NCBI RefSeq assembly: GCF_009914755.1
Contig: NC_060935.1
Length of the DNA stretch: 64,000 nt
Origin: the human T2T-CHM13v2.0 reference genome, Homo sapiens
Strand: one strand, 5' to 3'
A program made the position numbers and the translations under genes. This document shows, piece after piece, positions 28,303 through 41,457 of the stretch. Within the stretch, counting starts at the first letter, position 1, and every line of letters starts with the position of its first letter. The notes beneath the pieces were generated by a model, which had not been told where the DNA came from, made no database searches, and worked only from the letters and a program-made list of their open reading frames with translations.

Positions 28303-29233
28303 TGAAGAAATGTAAATAAAAACTACAAAAAGGTATCATCTTACTCCAGTTAAAATGGCTTTTATCCAAAAGACAGACAATAATGAATGCTGGCATGGAT
28401 GTGGAGAAAGGGGAACCCTCATACACTGTTAGTGGGAATATAAATTACTGTAGCCACTAATCCACTATGGAAAATAGCATGGAGTTTCTTCAAAAACTAA
28501 AAATAGACCCCCCATATTATCCAATCGTCCCACTGCTAGGTATATATCAAAAAGAAAAGAAATTAGTGTATCAGAGAGATATCCACGCTCCCATGTTTGT
28601 TTGCAGCCCTATTTACAATAGCCAAAATATAATCAACCTAAGTGTCCATCAATGGATGAATGAATGAAGAAAAGGTGGCATATATACACAATGGAATACT
28701 ATTCAGCTATAAAAAGAATGAAATCCTGTCATTTGCAGCAACACGGATGGAATGGAAGATCATTATATTAAGTGAAACAGGCCAGGCACAAAAAGACAAA
28801 TATTGCATGTTCACACTCAAATGTGTGAGCTAAAAAAAAAAAACAACAATTGAGCTAATGGAGATAGAGACTAGAAAGATGGTTACTGGAGGCTGGGAAA
28901 GGTAGCAAGGAGGGGGAGATAAAAAAACAAAAGGATGGTCAATAGGTACAAAAATGCAGTTAGAATGAATAAGATTTAGTATTCAGTAGCACAGTAGGGT
29001 GACTACATGACTATAGTTAACAATAATTTATTGTATATTTTAAAATAACTAAAATAATAAAATTGGAATATTCCTCACCTAATGAAATGATCAATCCTTG
29101 AGGTGATGGATACCCCAATTACCCTGATTTGATCATTACATATTGTATGCCTGCATGAAAACATCACAAGTACTCCATAAATATATATAATTATGATGTA
29201 CCCATAATAATTAAAAGTAAACTTATTTTAAAG
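28303..29233 (+). mobile_element. L1MA (about L1MA2-4) 3' fragment
   Basis: GTGGAGAAAGGGGAACCCTCATACACTGTT...GAGGTGATGGATACCCCAATTACCCTGATTTGATCATTACA. Confidence 0.9.
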
Positions 29234-29256
29234 AAAGCAAAGCTAGGCATGCTTGC

Positions 29257-29459
29257 TTTTTTCTTTCTTTCTTTCTTTCTTTTTTTTTTGTTCGAAATCT
29301 TGCTCTGTTACCCAGACTGGAGTGCAGTTTTTGTAATTTTAGTAGAGATGGGGTTTCATCATGTTGACCAGGCTAGTCTCGAACTCCTGGCCTTAAGTGA
29401 TCCACCCACCTTGGCTCCTAAAGGGCTGGGATTGCAGGTGTGAGCCACCATGCCTGGCC
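29257..29459 (-). mobile_element. Alu with ~100-bp internal deletion of the right arm
   Basis: CTGGAGTGCAGT joined directly to TTTTGTAATTTTAGTAGAGATGGGG. Confidence 0.9.
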
Positions 29460-29600
29460 TATTTATTTTTTATTTTTTTATTTCCCTCCCTTCCTCCCTC
29501 CCTCCCTTCCTTCCTTTCTTTCTTCCTTCCTTTCTTCGCCTTCTTTCTTTCTTTTTCTGTTTCTTTCTTTCTCTCTCTCTTCTTTCTTTCTTTCTTTCTT

Positions 29601-29659
<59 letters not shown>

Positions 29660-29914
29660 CTCTTTTTTTCTTTCTTTCTTGAGTCTCACTCTGTTGCCCA
29701 GGCTGGAATGCAATGGCACAATCACAGCTCACTGAAGCCTCGAACTCTGGGCTCAAGTGATCCTCCTGTTTCAGCCTCCTAAGTAGCTCAGACTACAGGT
29801 ATGCACTACCACACTCAGCTGATTTTTAAACAGTTTTGCAGAGACAGGGTCTCACTATGTTGCTCAGGCTGGTCTCAAACTCGTGACTTCAAGTGATCTT
29901 CTTGCCTCGGCCTC
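29460..29914 (-). mobile_element. AluJ-like element whose tail expanded into a ~220-bp (TTTC/TTCC/TC)n tract
   Basis: Alu body 29680-29914 with J-type GGGCTCAAGTGATCCTCC; tail 29460-29680. Confidence 0.9.
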
Positions 29915-31059
29915 TTATAATTATGTTTTCTTTAAAAACATTTTAGCTGATGATTACTGATATAAAACACATACTTTATAAGAAAAACCAAACAGCCAAT
30001 GATAAAACTATAAACACTTTGCTTTTCGGTTCTTTACACTTAAAAGGTGTATCTGCTTGCATTTGTAACTAATCCCATGCTATTATTACAATATCCAAAA
30101 TTTGCATTAATTTTGCTAATTTTCTCAAGATTAACAAAAATTAGATCATGAAGCCAAATAGAAAATTAGTAGGTTAAATAGCAAGAAAAGAAAGCATCTT
30201 TGAAGAGAAAATTCAAATATATTTCAAAACAATTTTTATAATTAATTACCATTAAATAAAAAAGAATAACATCATGCTTAACACACTATCCTGGTATTGA
30301 ATTCAGACAAACATAAGCAAGGGAAAAGAGATCACTAGAAATCAATGCACAAAATGAGTATGAGAAAACTCTAACGTTTTTTCTTTGGTAATTTAGAATG
30401 CAAATGGAAATCAAGTTCTTATTCCTTTGATGCTTATGTATGATCTTCTTATTGAGAAAACTCAAAAGAATCAGATCACTGTATTCCTCCTTATTTTAGG
30501 ATGTTTATATTAATGCAGGATAACCTGGCCAGAAAAGCAAAGGGAAGTGAAGAGGCTGTTTAATGAAGGCAGTTTAGCACCAGAAATTCCAAAAGAATAG
30601 ATTAACATTGTCTGCCTCTAAACTCTTCAAAGAAAAACATAATTGTGCCTTTTATATCTTAACCCATGCTCCAACTGCAGAATTCCTTAACTCCCAGGAG
30701 GAGCCTCATAGAGATGCTGTGCTGTTTGATTTGGCACTATTCACAAACCTTGGCAGATGATCAAATAGAGGGCACAGAAGTGCAGGAAAAGCCTTAAGAA
30801 ACTGTCTTCGCTGTTGTCGTTACTGCCTTCATGAATTGAAATCTCAATGGTAAGCATAAAAAAGCCATAGATATTAACCGAGCGTGCATAACTCCAATTT
30901 AGATGTTTAACACACCTTGGCTTGGAGAAAGCATGCACGTTTAGAACTCTATATGCTCTCCCTTGAGTTGTAGTTGTCTCATCTTTCAAATAAACATGGT
31001 TTCTTAAAATAATTAGGTCTTTTTGCCCCAGAACTCTTGTACTAAGTGTGCAGACATGA

Positions 31060-31310
31060 TAAAATGAGTGAGTCTTGTCTTAGAACTCAAAAGATCTGGG
31101 TTCCAGTTCTGATGCTACCAGTTCCTAGCTCTTTAACCTTGGGCAAGTTGCTTAACTCCACTGAGCCTTAGCCCATAGGTCTATTAAACAAATACTGCTC
31201 ACTTCACTGATTTTCTGTTAGAAGCAAATGAAAATTATATTTAGGATCACATAAAAATAATGTATAGAAGTATTTGGTAAAATATAAAGAGCAATGCTGT
31301 TGTGAGAGAT
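31060..31310 (+). mobile_element. MIR
   Basis: ACCTTGGGCAAGTTGCTTAACTCCACTGAGCCTTAG. Confidence 0.7.
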
Positions 31311-31865
31311 TATTACTGTGATGAAGTAGAATTGTGCAGCAATACAAAGTGTCATTAAAGGGCAGGTATTTTAAAGAATTGATTTATAACGAAAGGATAA
31401 AATCCAGGAGAGAATCTACTAGATTTTTACTGAGTTTAAAATATAAATGTAGACAGTACTTTTAAAAAAGGAAAAGAAAAAAGAAAAGAAAATGGTCACA
31501 AAATCGAAAAAAGTTATGCTAACTATGGAAATGATTGGCAAAATAGTGGAATTTCTAAGGCATGAAATTCTTTAAAATAGATTAATTATATATTTGGGAG
31601 AGTTTTTGAAATGGATTTTATGTCTCTAGATGATTTCTCTCAGCTTATATTCATTCATTCTTCCATTCATAGAATGTAAGCTCTTTGGGTTGTGTTCCCT
31701 AACTTATTATGAGAGTACAGAGTAGGTGCTCATTAACTATTCGTGGATCAAATGAACTGATGAATTAATGAGATCATTAATTCACAATTTTCTGTGGTAT
31801 TCATTGTGCTAGTTGTTAGAGGTGAAAGAATTCTATAGAGACAGTTTCTGCTCTCTGGGAGCAGA

Positions 31866-31990
31866 ATATATATATGTGTGTGTATATATATATTTTATAT
31901 ATATATACACATATATATTTATATACATATATACATATATGTATATATGTATGTGCATATATACATATATATACATATATATGTATGTAC
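31866..31990 (+). repeat. (TA)n/(TATATG)n microsatellite
   Basis: Read directly. Confidence 0.9.
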
Positions 31991-32149
31991 ACCCACGTGC
32001 ATTATTGTTTTTCAAGTGTATGTTAATTAAAATAATAGCATACAATATACTATTCTAAAACTTTCTTTCCCTCTATAACATTTATTGGAAACCTATTCAT
32101 ATTAGTACATTTCAATCTAGTTCATTCTTTAAAATGTTGCAATAGTGGC

Positions 32150-32230
32150 CACAATGGGGCCATCATTCGCACGTGGTACCCTATGGAGTTGTGTAGTAAA
32201 CAGCCTGTACACTTGTTTGTGGCTGCTCTC
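32150..32230. mobile_element. MER91-like hAT fragment within an L1ME relic (~32000-32370)
   Basis: TGGAGTTGTGTAGTAAACAGCCTGTACAC resembles the MER91 arm. Confidence 0.5.
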
Positions 32231-34322
32231 TGCCCTGTTTAGATAAATAACATAGCTACACCATAGCTCATCTAGTTGTTCCTCTATTGCTAGATAGACA
32301 CATAGGTTGTTTCCAGTTTTTCAATATTATCAACCATCTTTTAATGAATATTTTTGTACAACTTATAATAACTGAAATATCCAAACAATGTAATGAAATT
32401 CTTCATCTATTTTAAATCCTAGACTTGAGATCAGAAATTCCTTCTTGAACTCTATGTATTGTGTGCACACTTAGCAGCAGAACTATTAAAAACCAAAACA
32501 AAATAGCCTTTTGAGAAAATGGGAGGGACGAATAAATCTCTTTTACTCTTTAAACGCAGAAGCTTGCAGAGATTAAAGCCCTCTCTCTTTATTTGGGTAT
32601 TCAGTAGGCACAGAAATTAAACTTTTCAGACTCAGTCTTTTTGCCTCATACTGATTTGATTTAGTTGTAGGATTCTGAAGATGTAGTATGTATGCACCAT
32701 TTCAGGCAAGCTGGGGCTTTATGTGTTTTTGAATGGCAACATTTCTTTTCCACAAAAGATAACTTTATGACAAGTTACATTTATATTGAACTGCTTTGAC
32801 ATTGTGTAAGAACAGATTCATAGAGCTTGATACATTCGGCAGAGATAGATGTTTCCTCTATAATGCCTTTGATCTCTTTTCTGTTCAGAATGCTTTTGAA
32901 TATTGAGAGGGCTGTTTGTCCTGAGGCACAGCCACTTGTAAACACATAGACACCCCTGAGGAGCTATGTATTACTCAGGTAATTGTTGCAGGGACCTGTT
33001 CTGTCTGGTGCCAAAGACAGCCTTTAGTGCAGACCTCTTAAGGAAACACAGGCTAATGAAACTGACTTAATGAAATTGCTAGGCATTAGAAATAGCATTT
33101 TCACAAGGGGAGCAAATGGACAAGAGCCTCCTTGTTGTCATTTGGGCAGTGATTTGTGGTATTGATTCTGGCCTTTGGCTGGAGCTTGAACTAAGTACAG
33201 CAGAGGTCCAACTGCCTTGACCTTGAATGGAATGCTTACTCCATCACGGAAGGAGCTGGCTTCCTGTATTTGAAGAGAGGATGGTGGCATAGAGATTGGG
33301 AGGAAGAGAAGGCCAAAGAAAGCAATAGAAGCCAATCCCCAGGCCTGAGGGTCAAAAGACACACTCAAGGGCCAGACGAGGCTGCCTCCTTGATAGGGGA
33401 CCTGATAAGCTGACCTCAGCTGCAGTTTTCTTTCCAGATGTTTGGTGGAGGATTCTAAGGCTAAAAGCAAGTCTTCTCACAGTGGCATTGCCAGATCCCC
33501 TGGGGCTGGTTCTGTGGCATAAGCAGCCTGGACTGCCTTGGCAGGTCAAAGCACTCATGTCTCCTTTTAGGTTTGCATAAATACATATGACTCAACTTGT
33601 TCCTCCACTTAGAGTTACGGATTTTTCAAACTGGAAATGAGCATAAAGATTACCTATCAAAATCTCCTTCACTTGGAAGATGAGGATGCCAATCTCCAAA
33701 GTGGAAGGAGTGGCCTCTGCCGCTAGGTCATTCACCTCATTAGTGATTTTACCAATCGATTTCCCTCTCGACAATTTGAGGATTCCTGACAATGCCTCCT
33801 CCTCTTCTTCCTCCTCTCCCAGTTATCACCACTATCATGGCCATCATCATCATCTTGAGATTCCTTGAATGTGCTCTCCATATCTTCTGCTTAATAGCTA
33901 CAGTTCCATGAGCATTCAGTGTGAAGGACCCAGCAGCATTTGTCCTTGTTGCATAATGAAAAGAGCTCTGGATTCGGAAGCAGACACACTTGAATTTAAA
34001 AACAGACCTAACTCTTTACTTTCATTTGCATGACCTTGACAGCCATTTTACTCCTCTGAGCTTGTTTCCTCGTTTATAATATGAAGGCAATAATGTCTGC
34101 TTTAGAGTTTCTATGAAGCTGAAGTGAGGATGTTACCATTATTGTCTACTGCCTGTACAGGATAGGTCCTCAGTAGATGGGTACCTGGGATACTAGTATT
34201 GCTATTATTTCCCAGAGGCTTGGCTTCTTATATTTGAAGAGATGCTCTGAAAGTTATCACAGATGCTCTCAAACTTAGTCCTGACTCAATTGTCTAAGCT
34301 TGAGCAAGTTGGTTTCTCTCTT

Positions 34323-34636
34323 GGCCAGGCCAGGTGGCTCACATCTGTAATCCCAGCACTTTGGGAGGACAAGGTGGTACGATCACTTTCACTTGAGCCT
34401 AGGAGTTCGAGACCAGCCTGAGCAACATATTGAGATCCTGTCTCTACAAAAAATAGAAAAATTAGCAAGGTGTGGTGGCATGTGCCTGTAGTCCGAGCTA
34501 CTTAGGAAGCTGAGGTGGGAGGGTCACTTGAGCCTGGGAGGCAGAGGTTGCAGTGAGCCAAGATGGTGCTAGAAGGGTGAAAGAGTGAGACATTGTCCAA
34601 AAAAAAAAAAAAAAAAAAAAAAGAGAGAGAGAGAGA
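34323..34636 (+). mobile_element. AluJ with poly(A) and (AG)n tail
   Basis: J-type CTTGAGCCTAGGAGTTCGAGACCAGCCTGAGCAACATA; small internal TCACTT duplication. Confidence 0.93.
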
Positions 34637-35019
34637 TAGTGCCTCATTTATAAACTGAGGAGTTGCACCAGATCCTTTCTAAAGCTCAGTGCATACATTT
34701 TTTGACATAGCATGATGCAGTGGTTCTCCAGCATTGGTGAACATTCCAGTCACCTGGGGTTTCATGCCTAGAGATTCTAATTTAGTAGGTCTGGGAGAAA
34801 GACCCAAGAATCTGTATTTCTTAAAAAAGACACCAAATCTTAGTTTTCTCTTGCTATGACTGAGAAAAGTAATAATATCCATGTGGTAGGAAAATGGTGA
34901 GAAGCAAATGAAATAATGTCTATAAAGCACTTAGCATAGTTTCTAGCATACAAGAATTGCCCAGTAAATATTAGGTGTTATTCCTCTTTCCCTTTGTAAC
35001 TTTGGATAGCACATATTTG

Positions 35020-35290
35020 TAGTTGGTAGGCTAAATTTGGCTGATAAACAGGACTTTCCATATGTGAATTAGACACAAATATTTGCAATTAGGGGATTTC
35101 TACCTTCTCTTGAAAAACAAAGAGACCTAGCAACACCAAGCCAGAGACAATTTACAGTGGCTGTGTCTGGACATTGGCTGTTCCTTTAGCTGTGGGTTCT
35201 CCATTTAAAACAGTCCTCACTCAATCGGCTTCACCGATCTACACTTCTTGTTTGGCTCCCATAGGCATTTGGGTTTGTAGATTTCTGTTG
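35020..35290. mobile_element. MER102-like hAT-Charlie relic
   Basis: End motif TTGGCTCCCATAGGCATTTGGGTTTGTAGATTTCTG. Confidence 0.45.
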
Positions 35291-38200
35291 TATGCCCTAA
35301 TTAAGCCTCTCTATCCAGAGTTTTAGAAGAGCTAACAGACTATTCTTTCATGTTTTATTTTAGCTATTCTAGATCAATTAACAGTTGTCCATGGGCAGAG
35401 GCACAGCCCCCATCACAGCTCCCTCTTAACTTAGCAGAAGTGATAGAGGGAGTAGCTTGTCTTTATAACTTTTATGATTTAGGGGCATAATTTAGGATGA
35501 GTTCCAAGGGGCAGTATTATGAAAGTCTACTGGAATACTTTGCCAGGGAACCTAACCCAAGCTGAGATGTTGCCCAACAGAATCAAAGCAGGGTTTAAAG
35601 TCAGCTGCTGCCTTTATTACACATTTAAAACTTGGCAAAGGAAGTTCTTTGGGTTGAGACCACATGAAAGAAATCAAGGCAGGTGAAGGGTGGTTCAAGA
35701 GAACAGATGGACTTGGACATCTTAAACCATTGGAGTGATGCTACAACTTCCAAAGATACCTGCTTGGATGCTGTGAAAGTTATCACAATCTTTGTATTTT
35801 TTTTCTCTAGCTACGGGTGTCACACATGAAAAAAAATATGAGGCAAGAAAGGACTTTATACAAAGGTATTGAGGCCACATTTGTCAAACCCAGAATCCCA
35901 CGCAGATTTGGGAACTATGTTTCAAGCTGAGTTTAAAACTTTCAACTCTCAAAAGTGCTACTTACCCCAAGTAAAAGGCAATTTTCCAGCTCAAAGAATG
36001 GCAGTTCTGCAAGGTTCAGGAAAAAAGGTCAGAAGACTCCTTGTACATCAATCAGCTCTTGGAAAACAACATGTCAATGAGTTAAGTGAACACGAATCAG
36101 GCACATATGGATTGAATTTCCCTTGAAATACTCCTGGGGTCCAAGTTTAAGGGGTGGAGTGAAGGAGGGGTGAAAATTCTTAGGAAAATCTGCAGACCCC
36201 AAATGCTTGAAAATACTTCCAAGATGTCGACTGGCTATGCTGCAAGTCCTGCTGGCCTGAATCAATTCTGAGCCCAGCTGACCTTTGCTTTCTGGAGATG
36301 AGAATGGATCTAAGGCCCATATAACAGTCAAGGACTTCCCTGCCCTTGATCTAAACTTCATTCCATGGCACGAAAATAGGGAGATCTGGTAGAGAATGGC
36401 TTTGAAAACACAAACCGTAAGAAATGTTCAAGGTTACCAGTTATTATTGCTAGTAGACTATGTTTTTAAGCAAGCAAATCAATCATTCTATGTTTTCTTC
36501 CTTCCTGGAATTATAAGAAAAGCAACTTGGAAATTATATAGATGTGGGGAAAAAAAGCAAATACAAGAATATTTCCCTAACATCATTCTGCATGGAAATG
36601 TGTGGCATAGTGAAAATATTCTTTGTAAACAGAGGTTCTTATAAAATCTTAAGAAAGAGATCAGTGCAACATTGTGGTCTATTCTAACCCAAAACACTAA
36701 ACAATAAATGTAGTAAGAAAAAAACATTTAGATTTTGCATTCAGCATAGGATTCATAGATGTTGGGACTACTTAAACGTGATTTTAGGGTAAAATTGAAA
36801 GAATTCAGTATCAAGGACAACCTAGTTCAGTATATCCATATATGATCTAAAATTAGTTAGTACTGAATCCTTTCCCAAGAAAGCAACAGAGGATACTTAG
36901 AGTAGAATGGGATACATACATTTTAAGCTCTGTAAAAGGAAACCTGTTAAGAAACAATAAGATATATTTCATTTTTTGTTTTATAGGGTATTTTGTAGTT
37001 GAACTATAATTTAAGTGCAAGAAAAGTACAAAACTTCTTGGTGGCAGAGGAATTGTTATGGCATTTTTTCCCCTGTTCTTTTTCTTTCCCTTTTTTTTTT
37101 TTTTTAAGGCAGGAGGTAATCAGGGATAAATGTTAATGGGATTTTTTTTAAAAACAAAAGATGCACTGTCAAGAGAAAATTTTTTCACAATTGTCAAATT
37201 GTGTAGACAGTGTTCAAATGGATCATTCATTATTAGCAGCACCACCAAGTTGAAAACCTACTTTTTCTGGTCTGCAGCTGATTGATGTACATTACTCATA
37301 TCAGGCTAATGGCACTTTATTTTCCAACAGTAGCAAGTAATGAGTGACCTTGAGTGCATATTGTTTCCCTGAAAGGGTTTGTTGCTCTGCTTCCTTCATA
37401 AGCAACCCAAGGAAACAGGCCTCTGTATTGGTGTTTTGCAGCAAACCTCATTTCTTTCATGGCTTTCTGTAAAAGAATTTGATACAGGGATAGAAGCTAA
37501 CCTCAGTGAGTAAATGAAATATTGATCCATGCTACTCTGGCCTTGCCTTCACCTTGTCCCAGGGCGGTGAGTTACTGACTTTTCCGTTTTGGCTGTAATA
37601 GGAATTATTACAACAGGCCTGTGCAAGTAATTACTTGGCATGGTAAAAAAGGAGGGTCCATCATATATTTCTGTAGAGACGTTAGTTTCCATCAGCCCAG
37701 CAGTCTGCTTTTTTGGCTCTGTCTTTTCTACTCTTGATTCAATTCTTTTAACCATCATTAATCACACTCCTTGTCAGCAGAAGTTTATCAAAAGTATTAA
37801 GTGAGCAAGGTTGCCTGGCCTCCTTAAAAAAATCAGCCAACATGGGGCAGTAAATTTCGAAATATGGAAGGTTGGTTCCGTGATATATATGAGTGTCTCT
37901 TCAGCTAGAATGAGCCGTTTGTTTTAGTGATAGATATTGTAGTTTGAGCTGTGATAGAATCCTTCTCAAGTTTATATGTCGTGGGCTATCGTTTATGAGA
38001 GACCATGTGTTTCTAAATGGTGAAGGTCATGGCTGATGGCAAAAGTAAAAGCAGTGGTGATTCATTAAAAATAGTTAATAGGGCCTGCGGCTGACAGGGA
38101 TAAATCGGAACATGTGGCTTGCCAACCCACCAGCACCTAAGATGACATTGCGTTTCTTCAGTCCCAACCTGCCACTTGCAATTGCCAGACAGCTGTGAGC

Positions 38201-38681
38201 CGAAAGACAGGCGGAAATAAGATCACTTACTTCTTGTTAACAGATTTGGAAAAAGTTTTTGGAAAGAGAGAGAACCCTCTTCTCTTCAGTTTGACCTGGC
38301 TGACATGTATTTTAAAGTTGTTACTGCTTTTTTGCTGATCATAAATATGTTTATTACTTAAAATTCAAATATTATAGAAACACACGATGTGAAAAAATGA
38401 AGAGTCTTTATTATGTCTGAAATGTTAATTTCCTTTTAAAAAATGACAAGACACAAAATATGACATAATGTTAAGATTTGATAAAGCTGAGAGGTGGTCT
38501 GTGAGTGTTTCTTATGGTGGTCTGTATTCTATTCCTGGCGATCTGAAATAGTTCACAACTAAATTTTTTTTCCATTTTCACATCTAAAAGGAAGCCCACC
38601 ACTGAATCCCATCTCCCAGAAAGAATCACTTTTATCATGTTGTATATTTCTGTATACCCCTCTAGACTTTTTTTTCACTAT

Positions 38682-38713
<32 letters not shown>

Positions 38714-38718
38714 ACACA
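38682..38718 (+). repeat. (CA)n microsatellite within L1ME relics
   Basis: Read directly. Confidence 0.9.
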
Positions 38719-39285
38719 TATAGACATAAATAAACATTTGTGGCGTATATAGTAAAGAAAAATATGTTCAATATAATAATAATTAAATACACAAAATATA
38801 TATTAAATATTAGATTATGCTATAATACCAGTTTGCAACATGCTTTAAAAAATTCCAAGATTTAAATATGAATATTTGATTAAATTCATGGACTCATTCA
38901 TTCATTCAGAACATATAGCAACTGTCAACCAACCTATAGCAAAATATTCACATCCCTGGAGGGGAACATAGGGCCAGAGTTCTACTTCCAGCTTTCATTC
39001 AGAATTTATCTAATAAATGTTTCTGTTCCTGGGTCTTACTATAACAAATATCCTCTTTGAAAACTTTCTGGCTAAATTTCAAGACTCCTAAGAATGAGAA
39101 AACTAAAAGGATTTTGCTGACTACAATTAATAGAGTTTGATGATCCATTTAAGACTTGTAGATCAACAAAGGAATGTATGGAAATTGATGCAGCCCTTAG
39201 GCAATTTCCAAATAAGCAAATATGGATTTTCTATATGTTATGTCTAATGAAGATGGTTTTAAAAACAATAGTGTTTGGGGATTTG

Positions 39286-39317
<32 letters not shown>

Positions 39318-40811
39318 GGTGTGTTTTTTTCTCTCTCTTTCCAATTTGAGAAGTCAGTGAAGAATAACACAGTGGCTTGAAATAATACTGGGAGACAAAC
39401 ATCTTCACTTTTCACTTTGGATTGCCTCTTTTCCCTAGAAAACAAATTGGCTAATAGTTAGAGAGGGTTTGCTACCTCCGGATGGAAAAGGATAATAACC
39501 AAGCTGCATAGGAAAAACAGTTCCTGAATATAAGGAAATATATAAGTAGAAAAGAAAAGAAAAAAAAGTTGTTTTTGTTTGTTTGTTTGTCTCCTTGCAA
39601 CCAGAGCCTTTGCCTTTGCCTGCAAAATCTGAGTTGGTAACTCCAGGCATCTCTCCCTGCATTTGCAGTCTGGACAACAACCCTGCCTGGAGAACATCAA
39701 TCTCACAAGAAGAACTATCTCTTTCCATGATTTCAAAAGACACAAGTAATTCAACAGTACAAAGAGGTTTGAGTTTTGCAAACTGTGTCTTCAACTTAGC
39801 TTTGAGTTTTTTCATTTGTTGACAGTTTAGACTTTGGGGCCACCATTATCACAACAAAACTGCCTGGGCAATAGCAGTGCATTCCGTTGAGAAGTACTCG
39901 GCGAGAAGACAGAACAGCATTGCAAATTAACATGTTTACAGGGAAAAGCACTTAGCCTCAAATTAGCGAGGGAGGACAGGAGGAATGTGTTGTGCTTAAT
40001 TCAAGGCCAAGTGACAATGGGCACAGAGGATGTTTCTGGTTACCATCATCTTGAAGAAGACGTTCACAGTGGTTACAAATTGACTTTTTATGGAGAAACT
40101 AAGACTGTTTCTAACCTATTGCACCGATATTATATTTCGTTAATATTTTATGAAAGAAAGTCCTCCCATTAGAGGTGGCAAATTGCTTTATAATTATAGT
40201 ACTTTACAGAACAGACTGAATGCTCCATTTTATGGCAAAAGCACAAAAATACAGCTGCCTTTTCCGTGTAACTCCTTTGCAGAGTCCTTGTGGTAAGTGA
40301 CTACCCCTCCCATGATTGTTTTTCTTCATTTCAAATATTAGTTTAATTTGCACAGAAAGTCATGTTGCATGCTTGGTATGAGTTAATGAAATATTGATGC
40401 AGAAATTTCAATGAAGCAGGCCTGGAACACACTAGGGACCAGAGGTGAACAAAGATACCTCCTCACTCTTCTAAACTCTTGTCTGACTCCATGCCACTCT
40501 CATAGTGACTACCAGCCATTAAACATGATGGCTATTTAGTAATGATGACTATAATGAATTGGTAGGCAGAGCAGCATCAAATTTTCATCAGAGAGTATAG
40601 ATTGAATGGGAATGGAGGCTGGGCTATTTTCCCTTCCTTCTTCCTTCTTCTTTCTCTTCTTTTGTCCTTGTTCTTCAATGAGAAGTAACAGATCTAAGTT
40701 CCTAGCAGACAAGGAACATGTTTTATTTATTTTGTATTCCAGAGTATATCACAATGTTGGCACTAAATAAATGTTTCCATGAAAAAAGTTTCCTTTGATT
40801 GAAATGTGCTA

Positions 40812-41256
40812 TGTAGCAGAAGCTGTTAGTGCCCTGACATGCCGTGTTAGAACTCCTCACTACCGTGCACACCAGTGAAGTCTTACTGAGGCACCTGGTA
40901 CTTACTGAAGGTGCTTTCCCTGACCACTACAGCAGGCTCCACTTGCACAGGAGGCCGTGGGAAATTAATGCCCAAAGAACAGCTCTCAACCAGTGATGAA
41001 TGGAAATTGGTAGATAAATATCCCTCAGGCCAGACAACTCAAAGGTGTATTCAACAGACTTTTTCCAGAAGTCCCCAGTGGAACTGAACTCCAATTACCC
41101 ACACAGGAATGAACAGTCCTGGTCTTCACTTTCTTTCCTTCCTTGTCTCACTTCCTCATGTCCCCATCAGCACTTCCAGGAATCACATCCCAAATTAACT
41201 ACTTGCCCTCAAATCCTTATCTCAGGTTGGGCTTCTGGGGAATACAACCTAAGACA
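40812..41256 (+). mobile_element. LTR16-type ERVL solo LTR
   Basis: TGTAGCAGAAGCTG...TCAAATCCTTATCTCAGGTTGGGCTTCTGGGGAATACAACCTAAGACA. Confidence 0.75.
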
Positions 41257-41387
41257 TCTTCTGACACCAGGATAATCAATTGATAAGAATTGATGGAGAG
41301 TTTTCCATGTGCCTAACCTTGTGCTATGCACTATGGGACTATTAAGGCATTTAAAATATTTACATTTACATTGCTCAGAAATTTCTC

Positions 41388-41457
41388 ATTTTGTTAATTT
41401 CTATTTCAATGGTTTTTGGGGTCCAGGTGGTATTTGGTTACATGGATAAGTTCTTTA
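41388..41457 (-). mobile_element. Very short L1PB-type 3' end
   Basis: TATTTCAATGGTTTTTGGGGTCCAGGTGGTATTTGGTTACATGGATAAGTTCTTTA. Confidence 0.7.

Noticed and set aside
29397-29782. Five overlapping F/L/S-rich or K/E/R-rich ORFs
   Set aside because: Artefacts of the stop-free (TTTC)n tract and Alu sequence.
33795-33855. Poly-Ser/poly-His ORF end suggestive of a transcription factor
   Set aside because: Short (CCT)n/(CAT)n low-complexity DNA in a 62-aa ORF with no other support.
35811-35865. Plus-strand 55-nt exon candidate (TTTTTTTCTCTAG ... AAG|GTATTG)
   Set aside because: Good acceptor but weak donor; expected by chance in 64 kb.
39435-39822. Overlapping 126-, 107- and 79-aa ORFs in unique sequence
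   Set aside because: No recognisable domain, they run through a (TTTG)n-like tract, and I see no convincing splice context.
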